From Scenedesmus sp. PABB004 (Eukaryota), in assembly GCA_014905635.1 (NCBI GenBank), contig JABVCE010000041.1, forward strand, positions 62,001-126,000: 64,000 nucleotides of DNA, given 5' to 3'. Positions 56,797-64,000 of the stretch are shown in pieces. Each line of letters opens with the position of its first letter. Position 1 is the first letter of the stretch. The notes below the pieces were generated by a model. It did not search any database. It was not told the DNA's origin and saw only the letters and a list, made by a program, of their open reading frames with translations. The translations under genes were made by a program, and so were the position numbers.

Positions 56797-57157
56797 CGCG
56801 CTGCGCCGTGCGGCGGCGGCGGCTGCAGCGGCGGCTGCGGCGGAGGACGGGGGCGGGCGGGGGCCTGCGCCAGCGATCTGGCCCGCCGCCGCTGCCGCCG
56901 CAGTCGTGCGGCGCGCCCGCAGCGGCACGTCACTCGGGTCTGTGCGCTGCGCCGCCGGCCGCGCCGCCGCGGGCTGCTGCAGAGCGTGCACGAACGCCGA
57001 CGCCAGCGACGCCGCACTCTGCCTGCCCCTGCCTCTCCGTGCCCACGCGCCAGCCCCACACTTGGCCGCCGCTGCCGCCGCCGGCACCGCTGCTGCGCGG
57101 CCGCCGCGCCTGCCCGGCGCTCCCCAGCGCCTCCCTGCTGGGCATGGCGGCCTTTGA

Positions 57158-58920
57158 ATGATGATCGCTCAGCGCCTGGCCGCGCGCTGCGGCGATGCGC
57201 GGCCGGGCCCCTCGGGCGCTCGCGGGCATCGCAGGGCGGCCCTGGCGCCGCGGGGCGGCCACGCTGGCCAGCGGCGCCGACCCTGGACCAGTGCGACGCG
57301 TCCTCCGGGCTGGGGCGCCCCAGCCGGCCACGCGCGGCCTGCAGCGGGCGAGGGCGCCGGGGAGCAGCAGGAGGACGCGTGCTGGCCCGAGGCCGTGCGG
57401 GAGCCGCTGCAGCCGGACCGCCCAGCCACGCCCGGCGATGGCATCGGATCGTCCGAACAGCAGCAGGTGGGCACCGCGGCCCGCGAGCGCGGCGGTCGGC
57501 GCCGCTGCTGCAGCGTGCGGCGCCGCTGCCCGGCGGCGATTGGCCTCGCGGCGCCCCGCCGCCTCACCCGCACGCGCGCCGGCTGGCCGGCCGCCGCCGC
57601 TCCGCGCACGCGCCGCAGCAGTCCGGCAGCCCCGCGCCGCCGCCGCTGCCGGGCAGCGCCAACGGCGCCGCTGCCGCCGCCGCGCCACGGGGCGCGGCGG
57701 GCCCCGGCGGCGCTGCCGGCGCGGCGGTCGCAGCGGTCGCGGGCGGGGCGAGCAGCGCCGCGCCGAAGCAGCCGCCGTGGCCGCCCGACGTGCCGTGGGG
57801 GCTGGGCAAGGTTGTGCAGGTCATGGGCCTGTGGCTGCTCGCGTACGTCGCGATGGGCCAGCTGCTCGTGCCCGCGCTGCTGGCGCTGCTGGACATCGAC
57901 CAGGCGGCCATGAGCGCGCGCGGCGCGGCGCTGCTCAACCTGGGGCTCGACGTCGGCCAGGTCCTGGTCACGCTGACCATCCTCGTCGCCTGCCTCGCCC
58001 GCTACCGCCCCGGCGAGCGCGGGCTCTTCCCCGTCGCGTGGCAGGGCGGCGCCTGGCTGGGCGCGGTGGCGGCAGGTGAGGCGCGGCGCGGCGGGCAGCT
58101 GGCGCGAGCGCCCGGTGGCGGCGGCAGGCGGCGCGCGGCGCCGCGCGCTGCCCCCGTGTCGACCGCGCCGCGCGGCCGGCCGCGCACAGGAGCTGCCTGC
58201 TTCCCCGTGGTGGACTGGCTGGCGCACAGCAGCGTGGTGGTGCTCTCGGGCGCGGACGGCGGCGGCGGCGGCGCCGACGTGTGGACCGCGCAGGTGCGCG
58301 GCCACGCGGCGCGGGCCGTGCCGGGCGCACGCCCCCGCCCGAGCGCTACGCTCTCTGCTGCGCACGCAAGTCCCTCCCAACGCCCCGTCCTGCTGCCCTC
58401 ACGCCCACTCATCCCCCCCCTGCCACCCGCCGCACCCCAGATTGAGAGCGGGCTGTACGACCGCGACTGGCTCACGTGCGGCGCGTACGTGGTGGTCGTG
58501 AGCCTCTGCGCGCCGCTGTGGGAGGAGGCGATCTTCCGGGGCTTCCTCCTCGCCTCGCTCACGCGCGCGCTGCCGCCGCCCGGGGCCGCGCTGTGCAGCG
58601 CGCTCGTGTTTGCGCTCTGCCACTTCCGCGCCGAGACGTTTGCGCCGCTGCTGCTGCTCGGCCTCGTCTTTGGCGGCCTCTACGTGCGCACCAACAACCT
58701 GCTGCCCCCGATGCTGCTGCACAGCCTGTGGAACATGTACGTGCTCGGCACGCTCGTGCTGCGCATGCGCAGCGGCTGCGACGCCGTCGCCGCGAGCGCG
58801 CACGTGTGCGCCGTCTACGCGGGCCTGCTCGGCGCCGCCGCGCTCGGCCTGCGCGGCGCGGGCGCGCTGCGCGACGCGCGCCGGCGCCGCGCCGCGGCGG
58901 CGGCCGCGGCGCCGGGCTGA
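57158..58920 (+). CDS. CAAX amino-terminal protease family (CPBP/Abi) intramembrane metalloprotease, probably plastid
   Basis: DVPWGLGKVVQVMGLW, CAPLWEEAIFRGFLL (EExxxR), SALVFALCH (FxxxH), NLLPPMLLHSLWN (HxxxN). The 5' exon and start are less certain. Confidence 0.9.
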
Positions 58921-59420
58921 GCGCGCGGGCTGAGGTGTTAACCGGACGCTGCTGCTAGCTGCAAGGCCCGGGGGCAGCAGCTGGCGCGCGCGCCGGCCGC
59001 ATGCCGCGGCGGCGTGGCGTCGCAGCCAGCCAGGGCTGGCTGCGAGGCGCCGCGGCGCCAGGCGCAGGCCAGCACAGCACGTGCGCAGGCACTGCGGCGC
59101 AGCTCGCGGGTCGACGAGGCTGCTCGCGGCAGCCTCTCACAATCGGGCTCTCGAAGCCGCACTTTGAAGCCTGAGATGACGATGGGGCTGCTCATCGCTT
59201 TGCAAACTCGACGTCCCGCCCCGCCGCTCCCCCCACTCCCGCCCCCGGCGCGTGCCCCGATCAGTCGACCATCGCCCGCGCCACTGCGCGCCGCCCGCCA
59301 GCCCCCTCGCTCAGCAGCGCCTGGCCGCTCTCGCTCCGGCGCTCGCGCGCGCCCGGCAGCCGCCTCGCGGGCATACCCCTGCGCCGGGGCGCCGAACCAG
59401 GACCTCCCAGTCGCGCCGCC

Positions 59421-61163
59421 ATGGGCGCGGACGCGGGAGGCCGCGATGCTGTGGCGCCCAGGGACGTGGTGGTCGGCAGCCCGCGCGCAGGCGGCCCCGC
59501 GCCGGCGGCGCCGCCGTCCAAGAACGGCGCGCCCCCTGGCGCGTTCGCCATCACCCTGCCGCCGGCGGAGGGCAAGCACGACGCGCTGCTGGAGGGCATC
59601 CCGCCGGAGCGGCAGCTCGGCCTGCGCTTCGAGCGCATCTGCGCGCACGTCAACACCGACTACGACACCCCCGGCGTGCTCACGCGCCTCCGGCGCGCCA
59701 CCGACCGCGCCGCGCGCGCGGCGGCGGAGGAGCGCAAGCAGAAGCAGGTGCGACCGCCGCCGCGCCGCGCGCGCTCGGCGCTTGGTACCTCGCCGCCCCG
59801 GCGGCGCCCCCCCCCCCCCCCGCCGCCGCCGCTGCCACGGCGCGCAGCTGCGCGGCGGCGGCGCGCCCGCTGCGCAGCGCCCGCGCCCGCGCGCCGCCAG
59901 GCTGCCGGCTCGACCCGCCGCTGCGCCCCGCGCCCGCGCCGCGCGCTGCCGCGCGTCAGATTCTGTTTGACGTGAGCGGCGAGATGCGGCCGGGCGAGAT
60001 GCTCGCGCTCATGGGGCCGAGCGGGAGCGGCAAGACGTCGCTGCTGTCGATCATCTCCGGCCGCGCGCCGCGCGCCGTGACCACGAGCGGGCGCGTGACG
60101 AGCAACGGCGAGAAGTTCAGCAAGGCCGCCAAGCGCCGCGTGGGCTTTGTCCTGCAGGACGACCTGCTCTACGAGGTGCGCGCGTGGGTGGGGGTAAGGG
60201 GGTGTGAGGGGGGTGCAGTACCGGCGGCGGCGTGAGTGTGACGCATTTGCACGCGCGCTCGCGCGGGGGTCCCCCTCCCTGCTCACTCCTCCCCGCCGCC
60301 GCCCGCCGCCCCGCGCCACGTGCGCAGTCGCTGACGGTGTGGGAGACGCTCGGCTACGCCGCGGCGCTGCGCCTGCCGCGCAGCATGGGCGCGGCCGCGC
60401 GCGCGGAGCGCGTCGAGGCGGTGCTCGCGGCGCTGGGGCTCACCAAGTGCCGCGACACCATCATCGGCGGCTTCTTCCGCCGCGGCATCAGCGGCGGCGA
60501 GCGCAAGCGCGTCAGCATCGGTGCGGCGCCGCGCGCCGCGCGCCGCCTCCGCGCCGCGCTGCGTTGGCGCGCAGGCAGGCCCCGCCGCACCCCCTCACCC
60601 CTCTCTCCCTCCACCCCCCCCCCCCCGCCGCCAGGTCACGAGCTGCTGATCAACCCCGCGATCCTGCTGCTTGACGAGCCCACGAGCGGCCTCGACGCGA
60701 CGACCGCGCTGCACCTGCTCGTCACGCTGCGCCAGCTCGCGCTCGGCGGCCGCGCGATCGCGACGACCATCCACCAGCCCAGCAGCCGCCTGTTCATGCA
60801 GCTCGACCGCCTCATGCTGCTCGCAGAGGGACACGTGAGCGCCGCACGCCGCACGCCGCGCGCACGCGCGCCGCGCGGCAGCCGCCGGCGCCGCCGCGCC
60901 CGCGCGGTGCCCCGCGCCCGCGCGCCGCACGCCCACCCCCGCGCCGCCCCGCCCCGCCCCGCCACGCCCCGCCCCGCCCCGCCACGCCCCGCCCCGCCCC
61001 GCGCCGCCCCGCCCCGCCAGGTCATGTACTACGGCGCCGCGTCGGGCGTGGTGCCGTGGTTCAGCGGCCTCGGCTTTGAGATGCCCTACGGCGTCAACGT
61101 GGCCGACTTCCTGCTCGACCTGGCCCAGGGCGAGGTCGAGGGCAGCGAGCCGCCCGCGGGCGC

Positions 61164-61201
<38 letters not shown>

Positions 61202-63290
61202 GCAAGGCCGGCGCCGGCGGCGGCGGCGCCGGCGGCGGCGTGCTGTCGGGGCCGCGCGCCGTGCGCGCGCTCTACAGCAGCTACGAGACCTTCGCGTGCA
61301 CGCACCGGGGCGGCTTCGAGGGCACGCCCGAGCAGGCGGCCGACGTGACGCTCGCGCTCGAGCCGCCGCTGAGCAAGCGCCAGCGCGCCGCCGCCGCGGC
61401 GGCGGCCGCGGCGGGGCTCGACCCCGCGGCCGCGGCGAGCGCGGCGGGGCGGCGCAGCCTCTCGCGCGGCAACGGCAGCCTGCTCGGCCGCAGCCTCTCC
61501 AAGGCGGGCAGCTTCCTGGGGCTCGACTCCATGTCCGGCGGCGCCCGCCGCGGCGACGACAGCGACGACGAGCTCGACTGCGGCGCGGCGGCCTCGTCGC
61601 TCGCAGGCGGCGAGTCGGCCGCGAAGCTGGGGCGCGGCCTCACGCGCATCTGGTCGCGCTCCTCCAGCGCCGCCGCGCTGGCGGGGCCGGCGGGCTTCGC
61701 CGGCCGGCTCGCGGCGGGGCTGGGCGTCGCCGACCGCGGCGGCGCGAGCTACCTCACGCAGTGGCAGGTCCTGCTGCAGCGCTGCATCAAGGTGCGGCGG
61801 CGACGGGGGCGCGCGGGCGCAGCAGGGGGCCGCCCGCCCGCCCACGCGCCGCCCGCCCTCACGCGCCGCCGTCTCACGCGCCACCCCGCCGCCGCCGCCA
61901 GGTGAAGCGCTTTGAGTCGCTGAGCGGCCAGCGCTTCATGCAGGGCGCGATCGTGGCGGTGATCACGGGCATGTTTTGGTGGCAGCGCGGGCGCGGCAAC
62001 ACGCTGCTCGCGGCGAGCGACGTCGTGGGGCTGCTGTTCTTCGAGCTCCTGTTCCCCGCCTTCACCGCGCTCTTCTCCGCGCTCTTCACCTTCCCCAACG
62101 ACTACCGCATGCTGCTCAAGGAGCGCGCGAGCGGCATGTGAGCGCGGCGGCGCGGCGGCACGCGGGGCCGCGCGGGAGGGAGGGAGCGCGGGGAGGGAGG
62201 GCGCAGGCGCAGGCGCGCGCGCGCGGCGCGCGGCGCGGCGCGCCGCCTCTCCCCGCCGCCGCCCGCCCGCCCGCCCGCCCGCCGCCCGTCGCTCGCTCAC
62301 CGCCCTGCCCTGCCCCCCTCGGCCCTCCCTCCCCCCTCTCACCCCCCTCACTGCACCCGCCCCAGGTACCGCGTGAGCGCGTTCTACCTCGCGTCCGCGC
62401 TGAGCGACCTGCCCATGGACTGCGCGCTGCCGGCGATGTTTGTGGTCATCATCTACTTCATGGGCGGCCTCCGCCTCACCGCGGCCGCGTTCCTGGGCAA
62501 CCTGCTCGGCCTCGTGCTCAACGTGCTCGTCGCGCAGAGCATGGGCCTCCTGCTCGGCGTCGCGTTCATGAACCCAAAGACAGCGCAGACGGTGCGGCGC
62601 CGACGCGCGGCGGCGGCGGCCGCGGCTGGGGCTGGCTGCGGCGCGGGGCTGGCTGCGGCTGGGGGCTGCTGCCCCCCACCCGTCACCCCCTCACCACCGC
62701 CAACCACCCCCGCGCCCCCCCCCCCCCCCAAACCCCAAACCCCACCCCCCAGGTCGCGAGCATTATCATGGTGCGCCCCGCGCGCCGCGCGCCGCCTCCG
62801 CGCCGCGCTGCGTTGGCGCGGCGGCAGGCCCCGCCGCGCCCCTCACGCCCCCCCCCTCTCCCTCCACCCCCCCCCCCCCCCCCCCCCCCCGCCCCCCCCC
62901 CCCCCCCCCCGCCCCCCGCCCCCCCCCCCCCAGCTCGGCTTCATGCTCGTGGGCGGCTACTACGTGCGCGGCATCCCGGCCTGGATCGGGTGGGTGCGCT
63001 ACACGAGCTTTGTCTACTGGGGGTTCAACCTCCTGGTCAAGATCGAGTTCAGCGGCGCGACCTACTACGCCTGCGGCGCCGGCGGCGGCCTCGCCGGCGC
63101 GGGCGGCGTCGCGCACACGAGCGAGAGCGCCGCGCCGTGCGCGCCGCTGCCAAACCTGCAGGCCGCGCTGCAGCTGCCGACCGACCCGGGCGCGTCGCCG
63201 GCGCTCGAGATCGGCGTGCTGTTTGCGATGCTCGTGCTGCTGCGCACGGCCGTGTACTACGTGCTGCGCCACAAGACCAAGGCCGCGTGA
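59421..63290 (+). CDS. ABCG-subfamily half-size ABC transporter (NBD-TMD)
   Basis: Walker [10 protein letters not shown]-loop GFVLQDD, signature [12 protein letters not shown], Walker [14 protein letters not shown]-loop TIHQPSS. TMD with [17 protein letters not shown] and [25 protein letters not shown]. Confidence 0.95.
60521..60634 (+). repeat. Intron copy A of a duplicated intron pair
   Basis: GT..AG intron that shares a 43-nt identical block and further aligned blocks with intron 62771-62933. Confidence 0.85.
62771..62933 (+). repeat. Intron copy B of a duplicated intron pair, with an expanded poly-C tract
   Basis: Aligns end to end with intron 60521-60634 and follows the 18-nt exon 62753-62770. 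Confidence 0.85.
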
Positions 63291-64000
63291 GGCCGCTGCT
63301 GCCGGCATCACGCGCCGACGCGCGGCGCGGGCCGCGCGGCGCGCGCGGCGTGCGGGCCGCGCGCGCGCGCGCGCGCACACCCCCTATTGCTGGCCTGGCA
63401 CAATAAGCCCGCCACCGCGCGGGCGGCAATCGACTTGAACCACGTGGCGTTGATCTCTGGCGTCGGCTGGCCGCCGTTGGCACGGGCATTCCCGCGCGCC
63501 GCGGCGCCGGCGCCGACTGCCTGCCTCCCTGGGTGCGCCCGCAGCACTGCGCACTGCGCACTGCGCTCGTAGCGGCAAGGCGGGGGCGGCGGGGGCGGGC
63601 GTGGACCTTCTTGCACATTAGGCGGGAGGGCGCGACGCGGGGGTAAAGGGCCTCGACCCCTGATGCGCGGTGTGGCGTGGCGAGGCGTGCGCGGCTGCGC
63701 CGACGACGCCGCGCCCCGGCTGTCCTCAGCGCGGCAGCGCCGCGAGTCGCAGCGAAAGCCCGGGATCGACAGCCAGGGCCGGCCAGGTGGTGCCGAGGCG
63801 GAGCGCGGCGGGACCGGGACGTCGCTGTGCCGCCGCTGCGTCGGCGCCGCCGCCTGCACGCAGCAGCAGCGCCTCCGCTCCCTCACTTGCGACGCAAATC
63901 GCGACCGCACACCCGCGACCCCCAGCGCGCCCCCACGAGACGCAGCGACCTCGCTGCAGCCGATGCTGTCGGCCTGCTCCGCGCGCGGCTGACCGCCCGC

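Noticed and set aside
1..64000. Hundreds of long overlapping Arg/Ala/Pro/Gly-rich ORFs on both strands (e.g. 24165-27446, 33751-36270, 4097-6907)
   Set aside because: Stop codons are rare at this GC content. These are shadow frames or intron read-through, not overlapping genes.
63291..64000. Short ORFs after the ABCG stop
   Set aside because: No coding-like codon pattern or recognisable motif; probably UTR or intergenic sequence.
1..64000. tRNA, rRNA, retroelement or viral genes
   Set aside because: I recognised none by eye. tRNAscan-SE, Infernal and RepeatModeler would be needed to exclude small or degenerate ones.

Overview
Eukaryotic nuclear DNA, extremely GC-rich (by eye roughly 75-80%) and intron-dense. 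The short GC-rich introns, GTGCG/GTGAG donors, TGTAA poly(A) signals and TAB2/OPR genes point to a chlorophycean green alga (Sphaeropleales-like; inference). Most entries in the six-frame track are GC-driven shadow ORFs, so I rebuilt about 21 spliced genes by hand: RPA70, RsuA/RluB-type pseudouridine synthase, a hydrophilic hypothetical protein, two tandem FAS1 proteins, TAB2, a TPR protein, a TPT-family transporter, an NHL membrane protein, two paralogous LRR receptor-like proteins, two near-identical Cys-rich/PAN secreted proteins, a LUMINIDEPENDENS/PNUTS-like protein, an intronless OPR protein, a patatin-like lipase, a Pmp-like beta-helix protein, a 76-aa Atg44/mitofissin-like microprotein, NudC/BOBBER, a CAAX (CPBP) protease and an ABCG half-transporter. 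The main structural feature is a 14.6-kb palindrome: ~3.8-kb near-identical inverted arms (26863-30647 and 37674-41460), each a full expression cassette for the Cys-rich gene, surround a 7-kb two-gene spacer and sit between the two LRR-receptor paralogs. Other notable signals are twin near-identical introns in the ABCG gene, frequent GC-AG introns, RxLL-type processing motifs in several secreted proteins, and a conserved 'PW-stop' terminal micro-exon. CDS coordinates are gene spans including introns. Family calls come from motif recognition only, not database searches.
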